Positions 9,044-16,653 of a stretch of DNA of 48,488 nucleotides are shown piece after piece. Every line of letters begins with the position of its first letter. Position 1 is the first letter of the stretch. The notes beneath the pieces are model-generated. The model was not told the DNA's origin and ran no database searches. It saw only the letters and a list, made by a program, of their open reading frames with translations. Origin of the DNA: Patescibacteria group bacterium (GTDB lineage: Bacteria > Patescibacteriota > Minisyncoccia > UBA6257 > HR35); NCBI GenBank assembly GCA_030549895.1, contig JAUQQM010000003.1, positions 1-48,488 of the forward strand, read 5' to 3'. The position numbers were made by a program, and so were the translations under genes.

Positions 9044-9475
9044 TTAGACTCTCCTTACTTTTGGTGGTGTTGGGCCACCAAAAGGAACGGGTGTAATATC
9101 TTCTATCATTATTATTGGAAGTTCTTTTGAAAAAAGCATTTTAAGAGCTGAATCCCTACCAGGACCAAAACCATTAACAAAGACTTTAATCTTTTCTATA
9201 CTATAGTCTTTTAGTCTTTCAACTAAAACTTCAACTACTCTTGAACCAGCATAAGGTGTGCTTTTTTTAGTACCTTTAAAACCAATCTGACCAGTAGAAA
9301 TACTTTCATAAACATTACCATTTTCATCAGTAAGAGTTGCAAAAGTATTATTCCATTTTGCTTTAATATAAATTCTGGCAACAGGTAAACTAATTTTTTT
9401 CTTCTTCTTTTCTTGGACCTGACTTGGTGTTTTTTCTTCTATACCACTAAGGGTTGTAACTCTTTTTTTACCCAT
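9044..9475 (-). CDS. rpsK: 30S ribosomal protein S11
   Basis: 143 aa. NNTFATLTD..GN......G..GFKGTKKSTPYAG ... GPGRDSALK ... ITPVPFGGPTPPKVRRV. Confidence 0.9.
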   Translation of the reverse strand: MGKKRVTTLSGIEEKTPSQVQEKKKKKISLPVARIYIKAKWNNTFATLTDENGNVYESISTGQIGFKGTKKSTPYAGSRVVEVLVERLKDYSIEKIKVFVNGFGPGRDSALKMLFSKELPIIMIEDITPVPFGGPTPPKVRRV

Positions 9476-9476
9476 G

Positions 9477-9860
9477 TTATTTCTTTTCTAATTTTCTTTT
9501 GCCAGAGGTAACAGTATGTCTTACATTACCTCTGACGGTTCGGGAATTTGTTCTTGTTCTTTGACCCCTAACAGGAAGTTTCTTCTGGTGTCTTATCCCC
9601 CGATAGCAACCTATCCTTATAAGTCTTTTGATGTTTTCTTGAATTTCCCTTCGAAGGTCACCCTCGACTTTAAATTTTTTTTCAATATAACTTTGAAGTT
9701 TATTAATTTCTTCACTAGTAAGTTGGGATGTTTTTTTATTTGGATCAATATTAAGTTCCTGAACTATTTTTTTTGCCAAAGAAAAACCTATCCCATATAT
9801 ATAAGGGAGAGCATAAATTATTTTTTTGTCTGGCAAATTAACTCCTACAATTCTTACCAT
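9477..9860 (-). CDS. rpsM: 30S ribosomal protein S13 (start moved to MVRIVGV)
   Basis: Canonical N-terminus is MVRIVGVNLP. The track ORF start at 9902 would overlap rpmJ. Also GCYRGIRHQKKLPVRGQRTRTNSRT. Confidence 0.85.
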   Translation of the reverse strand: MVRIVGVNLPDKKIIYALPYIYGIGFSLAKKIVQELNIDPNKKTSQLTSEEINKLQSYIEKKFKVEGDLRREIQENIKRLIRIGCYRGIRHQKKLPVRGQRTRTNSRTVRGNVRHTVTSGKRKLEKK

Positions 9861-9865
9861 GCTAT

Positions 9866-9982
9866 TTAACCTTGTCTTTGTTTGTGTTTTTTTATTTTGC
9901 AAATAACATAAAGCCTACCTTTCCTTCTTACAATTTTACAATCTTGACATCTTCTTTTTACTGAAGAATGAACTTTCATCAT
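9866..9982 (-). CDS. rpmJ: 50S ribosomal protein L36 (below the ORF-track length cutoff)
   Basis: My translation of the minus strand gives [38 protein letters not shown] followed by a stop. This is the canonical L36 zinc motif. The ATG overlaps the infA TGA (ATGATGA). Confidence 0.85.
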   Translation of the reverse strand: MMKVHSSVKRRCQDCKIVRRKGRLYVICKIKKHKQRQG

Positions 9983-10185
9983 TTCCTCCTTATAATCCTC
10001 CCCTTGTTAGGATCATAAGGACTAAGTTCTACTAATACAATATCCCCGGGCACAATTTTAATATAATTCAACCTCATTTTACCCGAAAGATAAGCCCAAA
10101 TTTCTCTATCTCCTACTTTTACTCTAAAGGTAGTATCTGGTAAGCTTTCAATTACCTGACCCTCGACAATTTCTTTTTTTTTCAT
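9979..10185 (-). CDS. infA: translation initiation factor IF-1
   Basis: 68 aa. G.V.E.LP...F.V.......[23 protein letters not shown]...GRI..R. Confidence 0.9.
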   Translation of the reverse strand: MKKKEIVEGQVIESLPDTTFRVKVGDREIWAYLSGKMRLNYIKIVPGDIVLVELSPYDPNKGRIIRRK

Positions 10186-10196
10186 AAAGATATTAA

Positions 10197-10205
10197 ATTA
10201 TAACA
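10197..10205 (-). promoter_or_regulatory. extended -10 TGTTATAAT, 11 nt upstream of the infA ATG
   Basis: The plus strand reads ATTATAACA. Confidence 0.45.
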
Positions 10206-10219
10206 TAAAAATTTTAAAG

Positions 10220-10882
10220 TTATAAATTCAATTTTTTACCAGTTTTTTTTCTAAATTCTTCTATTTTCTTATGGTCCCCCTTTAAAAGTACTTTAGGCAC
10301 TTTGAGAATTTTATCTAAAAATTTAACTTTCTGTGGTCTAGTATAGACAGGAAAAGAAAAATAACCTCTTTTCTCTTCTAAAGAATTTTCATTAATTACA
10401 CCTTCTAAAGTTCTTGTGAGAGAATCAATCACAATCATTGCTGGTATCTCACCACCAGTCAAAATAAAATTACCAACAGAAAGTTTAAGATCACTAACCT
10501 TAGCTACTCTTTCATCAACGCCTTCATAATGACCGCAAATAAGAACAATCTCTTTGAATTTCTTTAATTTAGCTATCATCTTCTGATTAAAAATTTTCCC
10601 TTTAAGATCAAAAAATATAATTATTCTTTCTTCTTTCTTGTATTTTGATTTTTTAATTATCTTCTCGAGAGCTCGCAAAAATGGTTCTGGTTTCATGACC
10701 ATCCCATATCCACCACCATAAGGTCTGTCATCTAAGTTGTCTTTGGTAAATTTTTTAAGATCGTGAATTTTTATCTTTATTATATTTTTATTTTGAGCTC
10801 TTTTTAAAATTGAAGTAAAAAGATAACCAAATGATTCTGGAAAGGCACTTAAAATATGAAAAGTTATTTTTGGTTCCTTCAA
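10220..10882 (-). CDS. trmD: tRNA (guanine37-N1)-methyltransferase TrmD
   Basis: 220 aa. DDRPYGGGYGMVMKPEP, ICGHYEGVDERV, SVGNFILTGGEIPAMIVIDS. Confidence 0.9.
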   Translation of the reverse strand: MKEPKITFHILSAFPESFGYLFTSILKRAQNKNIIKIKIHDLKKFTKDNLDDRPYGGGYGMVMKPEPFLRALEKIIKKSKYKKEERIIIFFDLKGKIFNQKMIAKLKKFKEIVLICGHYEGVDERVAKVSDLKLSVGNFILTGGEIPAMIVIDSLTRTLEGVINENSLEEKRGYFSFPVYTRPQKVKFLDKILKVPKVLLKGDHKKIEEFRKKTGKKLNL

Positions 10883-10884
10883 GT

Positions 10885-11184
10885 TTAGCTTTTAAGATCT
10901 TCTATAACTTCGTCGACAGACATTTTACTCGATTTTGGTTCTTCAACTTTAAGGTTAACTCTGGCATGATTCTTGAGTCCTATTGCTCTTATTAAAACTC
11001 TTAAGGCCTTTATCATGTTCCCTTTTTTACCAATTACAAGGCCAACATCATGAGGATTAACTTTTATAGAAAGCAATACACCCATTTCATCAATTTTTCT
11101 TTCTATTTTTATATCCTCTGGTTTTGTTACTAATGATTTTAGAATCGTTTCAAGTACTTCTTGATAAACTGGTTTTTCCATCAT
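10885..11184 (-). CDS. KH-domain RNA-binding protein (YlqC/KhpA-like)
   Basis: 99 aa. The GLVIGKKGNMIKALRVLI (GxxG) KH motif. It sits next to trmD as in rpsP-ylqC-rimM-trmD operons. Confidence 0.75.
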   Translation of the reverse strand: MMEKPVYQEVLETILKSLVTKPEDIKIERKIDEMGVLLSIKVNPHDVGLVIGKKGNMIKALRVLIRAIGLKNHARVNLKVEEPKSSKMSVDEVIEDLKS

Positions 11185-11190
11185 ATTTGC

Positions 11191-11202
11191 AAGCGGCCGC
11201 TT
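11191..11202. promoter_or_regulatory. 12-bp perfect palindrome AAGCGGCCGCTT inside a GC-rich structured leader
   Basis: An all-G/C 8-mer core (GCGGCCGC) in a roughly 30% GC genome, 7 nt upstream of the KH-protein ATG. Adjacent hairpin GCTTT-TCGAG-AAAGC. Confidence 0.3.
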
Positions 11203-11251
11203 TCTCGAAAAGCAACACCGCCTGATTCTCTTAAAAACTTGATAATGTTAT

Positions 11252-11260
11252 ATTATAACA
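11252..11260 (-). promoter_or_regulatory. extended -10 TGTTATAAT upstream of the KH-trmD genes (about 60-nt leader)
   Basis: The plus strand reads ATTATAACA and overlaps the gap stop codon. Confidence 0.4.
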
Positions 11261-12251
11261 CACTGGAAAGTTCTAAAATATGCTTTTTAAGCATAGCACA
11301 ATAACCCCATTCATTATCATACCAGGAAAAGACTTTGACCAAGTCACCATCAATAACTCTTGTAAGAGTAAGATCAATTATAGCTCCATAAGGCTCTTTT
11401 ATAATATCAGAAGAAACAACAGGTTCTTTTACTATCTTTACGATCCCTTGCCAAAATTTTTCTACCTCTTCCTCAAAAATAGAATTAACTTCCTCGACTG
11501 AGGTTTTCCTCTTAACTAGAATTGTAAGATCTGAAAGTGAACCACAAATAACAGGGACTCTTATAGAAATACCATCAAATTTATTTTTCAAAAAAGGCAA
11601 AACTCTTACAGTAGCTTCAGCTGCACCAGTTGTTGAAGGTACAATATTAAAAGCAGCTGCCCTTCCTCTCCTAAAATCATTGCTTTTGACAATTCCATCA
11701 ACAAGGCTTTGGGTATTAGTGTAAGCATGAATAGTCGTAAGAGATGCTTTTAAAATTCCTAATCTTTTCTCTATTATGGCTAAAACTGGATTTACTGAAT
11801 TAGTGGTACAAGAAGCATTTGAAGTAATTAACTGATCTTGAAAAACAAACTCACCCAAATTTGGAGTTAAAGTTAAAATGTCATCTTTTGGAGGAGCAGT
11901 AAGAACAACAGCCTTAGCACCAGCTTTTAAATGTTTTTTTGCTTTTTCTTTTTCAGTAAAAACGCCTGTTGCTTCAACTACAAGGTCAATTTGAAGATCT
12001 TTCCAAGGAAGTTTTTCTGGATCTTGTTCTTTTAAAATTAAGATTTTTTTACCTTCAATTTTAAAATTTCCCTCTTCTAAGATGACTTCTTTTTCAAATT
12101 TACCATAAACAGAATCATATTTTAAAAGATAAAGAAGGTTTTCTGGGCTGGAAAGATCGTTTATAGCAATGAGGTCAATTCGAGGATCGTCAATCACTTG
12201 TCTAAAAAATATTCTTCCAATTCTCCCAAAACCATTAATTGCTATTTTCAT
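11253..12251 (-). CDS. gap: glyceraldehyde-3-phosphate dehydrogenase, type I
   Basis: 332 aa. MKIAINGFGRIGR, active-site SNASCTTNS, WYDNEWGY. Confidence 0.9.
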   Translation of the reverse strand: MKIAINGFGRIGRIFFRQVIDDPRIDLIAINDLSSPENLLYLLKYDSVYGKFEKEVILEEGNFKIEGKKILILKEQDPEKLPWKDLQIDLVVEATGVFTEKEKAKKHLKAGAKAVVLTAPPKDDILTLTPNLGEFVFQDQLITSNASCTTNSVNPVLAIIEKRLGILKASLTTIHAYTNTQSLVDGIVKSNDFRRGRAAAFNIVPSTTGAAEATVRVLPFLKNKFDGISIRVPVICGSLSDLTILVKRKTSVEEVNSIFEEEVEKFWQGIVKIVKEPVVSSDIIKEPYGAIIDLTLTRVIDGDLVKVFSWYDNEWGYCAMLKKHILELSSVL

Positions 12252-13284
12252 TTTTTACTAAAACTGAAGAGGAACTAAATAAGTTCTTCTCTTCAGTTTT
12301 AAAATTTTCTAACATTTTAAACCTTAAAAACACCTCTTGTAATCTTTTTAGAGAATTCTCATAAGCATTTTGAGCATTTTTTAAATGATGGCCAACTTTG
12401 GTAAAATCTTCATTTAATTTCTCAAATTCTTTATTTACTCTTTGCATCCCCTCAAGAACTTCTTTTATATTTTTTTCTATTACCTGCCCCTTTATAAGAA
12501 GTAAGATACTTTGAAGATAAGCATAAAGAATGTTGGGTGAAACTGGAATAACATTTTTAGTGCGGCAATAATCAATAATTTCTTCTTTTTGCGTTAAAAG
12601 CCAATAATAGATAGCTTCAGCTGGAATATACATAAAAGCATAAGAAAGGGTTTTTTTGTCTGGTAAAATATATTTTTTAGCTATCTCATTTACTCTTTCT
12701 TTAACGCTTTTTATAAATTCTCTCTCGTACCTTTCTTTTTCTTTTTCATCTTGAGCTTCTATCGATCTTTTATAACTTTCTAAAGGAAATTTTGAATCAA
12801 TAACAAGAACTTTATCTTCTAATTTGATAACAAAATCAGCAATTTGGCCTTCAAGAAAGTAATTTGCCTCCCAATAACTTTGTGGGAGATAATTTCTTAA
12901 AAGATCTTCAAGTAAAAATTCCCCAACATTACCTCTTATTTTAGGTATTTGAAAAAGCTCTTTTAAAGAAATAATATCTTGAGCTCTTTTTTGAATTTCT
13001 TCAAAAACACTCTGGGCTTGAGTTAAAGAAACTGAAAGACTCTTTTGCATTTCACCAAAATTCTTACTTAACTCAAAAAGACTTCTTTGAAAAGTATCTT
13101 GATGAGAAAGAAAATTTTGAAGAATTTCTTGCTTTAAAATAAAAAATTCATTTTTAGAAAAATCTGAAATTTGTTTTATTATCTCTTGGGTTTGTGTTTG
13201 TTGAGCTATCTTAATTTCTTTCTTTAAAATAATATAGACAAGAGCAAGTGCTAACAAAAAAAATATAAGATAAAAAATGTTCAT
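12235..13284 (-). CDS. rmuC: DNA recombination protein RmuC
   Basis: 349 aa. N-terminal TM helix, long coiled coil, then VLVIDSKFPLESY ... FMYIPAEAIYY ... IPVSPN, typical of RmuC. Confidence 0.7.
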   Translation of the reverse strand: MNIFYLIFFLLALALVYIILKKEIKIAQQTQTQEIIKQISDFSKNEFFILKQEILQNFLSHQDTFQRSLFELSKNFGEMQKSLSVSLTQAQSVFEEIQKRAQDIISLKELFQIPKIRGNVGEFLLEDLLRNYLPQSYWEANYFLEGQIADFVIKLEDKVLVIDSKFPLESYKRSIEAQDEKEKERYEREFIKSVKERVNEIAKKYILPDKKTLSYAFMYIPAEAIYYWLLTQKEEIIDYCRTKNVIPVSPNILYAYLQSILLLIKGQVIEKNIKEVLEGMQRVNKEFEKLNEDFTKVGHHLKNAQNAYENSLKRLQEVFLRFKMLENFKTEEKNLFSSSSVLVKNENSN

Positions 13285-13649
13285 ACAAGAGCTGGTGCTA
13301 AAGAAACTAAATCATCATAACCCCATTCTTTAAACTCCCTTGGAATTGGACCAAAAATTCTTGTACCCTTTAAAGATTTGTCTTTATCAATAATAACTCC
13401 TGCATTTTCTGAAAACCTAATATAACTTCCATCTTTTCTTCGCCAAGGTTTTTTTTGACGAACAATAAGAACTCTAACAACTGTCCCCTTTTTAATTTCT
13501 GAGGTAGGAAGTGATTCTTTAACTGAACAAACAATAATATCTCCTATTTGAGCATATTTTTTCTTTGAATAGCCTGGGATACCAATACACTGAAGTTTTT
13601 TAACTCCAGTATTATCAGCTGATTTTAAAATTGTCCTGTGTTGAATCAT
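13281..13649 (-). CDS. rplN: 50S ribosomal protein L14
   Basis: 122 aa. MIQHRTILKSADNTGVKKLQCIG ... GDIIVCSVK ... IRFSENAGVII. Confidence 0.9.
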   Translation of the reverse strand: MIQHRTILKSADNTGVKKLQCIGIPGYSKKKYAQIGDIIVCSVKESLPTSEIKKGTVVRVLIVRQKKPWRRKDGSYIRFSENAGVIIDKDKSLKGTRIFGPIPREFKEWGYDDLVSLAPALV

Positions 13650-14302
13650 ATTTTTTCTCCTTTATAAAGCCAAACTTTAATACCAACAACTCCATAGGTA
13701 CAATGAGCTTCATCTTGAGCGTAATCTATTATTGCCCTAAAAGTAGAAAGAGGAATTTTACCTTTTGGATCAGTTAACCACTCTGAACGAGCAATCTCAG
13801 CTCCATTAAGTCTACCAGAAATTTTCACTTTCACACCTAAAATCTCTTTGTGTTGCATTGCTCTTTGAATAAGTCTTTTCATTACTTTCCTTACTGGAAT
13901 TCTTTTTTCAATTTCAAGAGCAGCAAGTTCTGCTAAAATAGCAGCATGAGTATAAGGTTTTTTAATCTCTCTAACATCGAAACTAACAATAGGTATTTTA
14001 CTTTTATAAAATTCTTGAAGCATTGAATTTATCTTTTCTTTTAATTCTTTTAAATTTTTACCTTCAGGTCCAATAACAAAACCTGGTCTAGCTGTGTTTA
14101 TGATGATATTTAGTTTTTCTTGGCCATGTCTTTCTATTTGGACATTTTCTATACCAGCTCGAGGAAACATTTCTTTTATTATCTTTCTAATTTTGTAGTC
14201 AATAAATAAATAAAAAGAAAAATTTTTAGGATCAAACCATTTACTTATCCAGTCTTGAGAAATACCTAATCTTAATGCTTTTGGATTAGTTTTGTGACCC
14301 AT
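13646..14302 (-). CDS. rpsC: 30S ribosomal protein S3 (start moved to MGHKTNP)
   Basis: Canonical N-terminus is MGHKTNPKALRLGI. KH domain GFVIGPEGKNLKELK. The chosen ATG lies 1 nt after the L22 stop. Confidence 0.9.
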   Translation of the reverse strand: MGHKTNPKALRLGISQDWISKWFDPKNFSFYLFIDYKIRKIIKEMFPRAGIENVQIERHGQEKLNIIINTARPGFVIGPEGKNLKELKEKINSMLQEFYKSKIPIVSFDVREIKKPYTHAAILAELAALEIEKRIPVRKVMKRLIQRAMQHKEILGVKVKISGRLNGAEIARSEWLTDPKGKIPLSTFRAIIDYAQDEAHCTYGVVGIKVWLYKGEKI

Positions 14303-14303
14303 T

Positions 14304-14798
14304 TTAGGATTCAAATGTTTTTCTTCTAAATATCTTTGGAATAATTATACCAGATTTTGGTTTTTCTTCTTTTTGTTTAACCTGAGTTTTTTCATGATGT
14401 TTTTGCTCTCTTTCTTTCTTTTTAATTAAGCCTTCAATTTCTTTATCAGTTAGTGGTTTGTAGCCAGGAAGAGCAGAAAGAGTAAGGGTAATATGAGAAC
14501 TTCTTTTTAAAATTAAACTTGCTCTTCCATAAGCTCTTGGAAGATATCTTTTAAGTCTAGGACCTTCATTTACAGTTAAGTTGCTTATGACAAGACTCTC
14601 TTCTGGAACTCTATGTTCCAGAGCAAAACTTATTTTACCTGAGTGAATCAATTTTGTTATTGGTTTTGCTGCTCTTTTTTTTACAACTTTCAAAATAGCT
14701 AAAGCCTCTGGAACTGTCTTTCCTTTCACCAGATCAGCTACTAATCTTACTTTTCTTGGTGCAATTCTTAGGTAATTTAATTTAAATGTTTTTTCCAT
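14304..14798 (-). CDS. rplV: 50S ribosomal protein L22 (with basic C-terminal extension)
   Basis: 164 aa. LRIAPRKVRLVADLVKGKTVPEALAILK ... RAYGRASLILKRSSHITL. Confidence 0.9.
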   Translation of the reverse strand: MEKTFKLNYLRIAPRKVRLVADLVKGKTVPEALAILKVVKKRAAKPITKLIHSGKISFALEHRVPEESLVISNLTVNEGPRLKRYLPRAYGRASLILKRSSHITLTLSALPGYKPLTDKEIEGLIKKKEREQKHHEKTQVKQKEEKPKSGIIIPKIFRRKTFES

Positions 14799-14801
14799 AA
14801 A

Positions 14802-15128
14802 TTAGCTTTGGGCTGCTTGTTGAGCAGCTTTTAATTTTTTCTCTAGTTCTCTTTGTTTTTTACCACCGTGCTTTATAAATTTTCTTGTTGGAGCAAATTC
14901 TCCTAAGCGGTGCCCAACCATATCTTCAGTGACTTTAACTTCTATGAAATTTTTCCCATTATGGACTAAAAAAGTAAGACCAACCATTTGAGGAATAATC
15001 ATAGCTGCTCTATACCAGGTCTTTATGGCTACTTTCTCTCTTTCTTTTTCTGGAAGATTTTTCACTTTCTCTATTTTTTTTAAAAGTTTCTCGGGAACAT
15101 AAGGCCCTTTTTTAATACTTCTTGACAT
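14802..15128 (-). CDS. rpsS: 30S ribosomal protein S19
   Basis: 108 aa. [11 protein letters not shown] ... [44 protein letters not shown]. Confidence 0.9.
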   Translation of the reverse strand: MSRSIKKGPYVPEKLLKKIEKVKNLPEKEREKVAIKTWYRAAMIIPQMVGLTFLVHNGKNFIEVKVTEDMVGHRLGEFAPTRKFIKHGGKKQRELEKKLKAAQQAAQS

Positions 15129-15149
15129 ACAAATAAATTATAACATAAT
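15122..15149 (+). promoter_or_regulatory. near-consensus promoter TTGACA-16 nt-CATAAT, 6 nt upstream of ATG 15156
   Basis: -35 TTGACA at 15122-15127 overlaps the rpsS start codon. -10 CATAAT at 15144-15149. Full TTGACA boxes were otherwise seen only before rpoB and the 23S leader. Confidence 0.5.
15137..15145 (-). promoter_or_regulatory. extended -10 TGTTATAAT, 8 nt upstream of the rpsS ATG (leaderless-type)
   Basis: The plus strand reads ATTATAACA. Confidence 0.5.
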
Positions 15150-15155
15150 TTTATT

Positions 15156-15296
15156 ATGATTGAGGAATACCTTAAAAATAAAAATTTAATCTTGACTATA
15201 ATTTTTATTCTGGCTATAGTCTCTTCTTTTAATATAGGTTTTATTCTTGGTTCAAAAATATTTAAAGAAGTACCAATTTTAGTTAACTGTCCATGA
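15156..15296 (+). CDS. candidate 46-aa hydrophobic peptide (not in ORF track)
   Basis: My translation: MIEEYLKNKNLILTIIFILAIVSSFNIGFILGSKIFKEVPILVNCP. One TM helix. A consensus promoter lies directly upstream. Confidence 0.35.
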   Translation: MIEEYLKNKNLILTIIFILAIVSSFNIGFILGSKIFKEVPILVNCP

Positions 15297-15391
15297 TAGA
15301 TATTTTGGGCTTAATCTTATTTTTTACTTTTGTAGTTTTTATCTTGTTTTTAAAATTCCTTGATTGGTATGAAAAATTCTGGGAAAGTTAA
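15293..15391 (+). CDS. candidate 32-aa hydrophobic peptide overlapping the previous ORF by ATGA
   Basis: My translation: MIDILGLILFFTFVVFILFLKFLDWYEKFWES. One TM helix. Its stop overlaps the convergent rplI stop. Confidence 0.3.
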   Translation: MIDILGLILFFTFVVFILFLKFLDWYEKFWES

Positions 15392-15822
15392 TCTTCCGGT
15401 AAGATATTTACCTTTATTTTCGTTTTTATCCCATAAGGAAAGATTACTTCAACTTCGTGCTTACCAAATTTTTTTATTTTCTTAGGTAATGTATCTAGAG
15501 GAAAATCTCCAGGAAACTCTTTTTTTATTTCCTTTTCAAGACTCAAGCTATCTACTGAACCATAAGGTTGCTGGTCGTTTAACTTTTTAAGGTAAAATGT
15601 AAATTCCTTGCCCTCAAGTTTTAAAGCAAGTTTTTCTATTTTTTCTTTTTCTTCCTCTTTTTCTTTTTTAACTTTCTCTAACCAAACTTTGGAAGACTCA
15701 TCCAAAAGTTTTGCTAGTTTTTTTGGTTTTAAATAATTTAAAAAATAACCAGGTTTTACATCTTTTACCTCATTTTTCCTTCCAAGTCCAGGAATGTCTT
15801 CAAGTAAAATTACCTTTACCAT
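15388..15822 (-). CDS. rplI: 50S ribosomal protein L9
   Basis: 144 aa. MVKVILLEDIPGLGRKNEVKDVKPGYFLNYL.P.KLA. Confidence 0.85.
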   Translation of the reverse strand: MVKVILLEDIPGLGRKNEVKDVKPGYFLNYLKPKKLAKLLDESSKVWLEKVKKEKEEEKEKIEKLALKLEGKEFTFYLKKLNDQQPYGSVDSLSLEKEIKKEFPGDFPLDTLPKKIKKFGKHEVEVIFPYGIKTKIKVNILPED

Positions 15823-15839
15823 AGATAAATTATAACCTT

Positions 15840-16631
15840 TTAAATTTGATCTTGATTTTGTTTTTCTAAAGTTTTAATAAGATCCCAAATATCTTTCTGA
15901 TCAAAAAAATTAACCATAACCTGAATTTTATCTCCTGATTTTTTAATTTCTATTTTTGTCTTTAAAATCTCTTCAAGTTTTCTTTTTAAAAACAAAAGTT
16001 CAGGATCTTCTTCGACTTTTTTTGAAACTCTAATTCTTTGAATCTCTTGAACAGGTACACCCTCAGAGATGATTCTTTCAAATATTTTTCTTTGAAGTTC
16101 GGGCTCTTCAATAGAAAGTAAAATCTTTGCATGAGCTTCTGATATTTTTCCTGCCTTAAGTGCCTCTTGTATTTCTTCTGGAAGTTTTAAAAGTCTGATT
16201 GTATTAGCAACATAAGATCTTGATTTTCCTATTCTTGAGGCTATTTCTATTTGAGTCATTCCAAACTCTTCCATAAGTCTAGCAAAAGCTTTTGCTCTTT
16301 CTATTGGATTTAAATCTTCTCTTTGGATATTCTCTATGATAGAAACTTCAAGTTTTGCTTTTTCAGAAAGTTCTTTCACTATAGCTGGCACTGTTTTTAA
16401 ACCTATCATTTTAGCTGCTTGAAGTCTTCTTTCACCTGCCACAAGCTCATACCAAACATCTAGGCCATTTTCAGTGACAATTTCTTTTCGAGTAACAATT
16501 AAAGGTTCAAGAATACCAAATTCTTTTATTGATTCAGCAAGCTCTTTTAAAGACTCAGGATCAAAAGTTTTCCTTGGTTGATAAGGATTGGGTAAAATTT
16601 TTTCAACTTCTATATAGTAAACACTTTCCAT
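15840..16631 (-). CDS. parB: chromosome partitioning protein ParB/Spo0J
   Basis: 263 aa. PNPYQPRK.FD.ESLKELAESIKEFGILEPLIV, AGERRLQAAK..GL..VPAIV, and an HTH segment (MTQIEIASRIGKSRSYVAN). No parA adjacent. Confidence 0.85.
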   Translation of the reverse strand: MESVYYIEVEKILPNPYQPRKTFDPESLKELAESIKEFGILEPLIVTRKEIVTENGLDVWYELVAGERRLQAAKMIGLKTVPAIVKELSEKAKLEVSIIENIQREDLNPIERAKAFARLMEEFGMTQIEIASRIGKSRSYVANTIRLLKLPEEIQEALKAGKISEAHAKILLSIEEPELQRKIFERIISEGVPVQEIQRIRVSKKVEEDPELLFLKRKLEEILKTKIEIKKSGDKIQVMVNFFDQKDIWDLIKTLEKQNQDQI

Positions 16632-16638
16632 TTTTAAA

Positions 16639-16646
16639 ATTATAAT
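16639..16646. promoter_or_regulatory. Palindromic ATTATAAT in the 22-bp parB/lepA divergent spacer
   Basis: TATAAT on + (16641-16646) is 7 nt from the lepA ATG (16654). TATAAT on - (16639-16644) is 7 nt from the parB ATG (16631). Confidence 0.5.
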
Positions 16647-16653
16647 ATATTTT

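Noticed and set aside
9477-9902. The longer S13 ORF, starting at 9902 ([14 protein letters not shown]...).
   Set aside because: The extension overlaps the bona fide rpmJ gene in another frame. The canonical S13 N-terminus MVRIVGV begins at 9860.
9983-9992. AGGAGG 5 nt upstream of the rpmJ ATG as a Shine-Dalgarno site (similar AAGGAG strings before rpsD and rplN).
   Set aside because: These motifs are codons of the upstream genes (Arg-Arg of infA, for example), and the 16S tail has no complementary CCUCC. They are kept only as a caveat to the anti-SD finding, not annotated as ribosome binding sites.
15840-16631. A parS site or parA partner near parB.
   Set aside because: I found no TGTTTCACGTGAAACA-like palindrome by eye, and the upstream neighbour is the divergent lepA. 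I cannot exclude parA or parS elsewhere in the genome.
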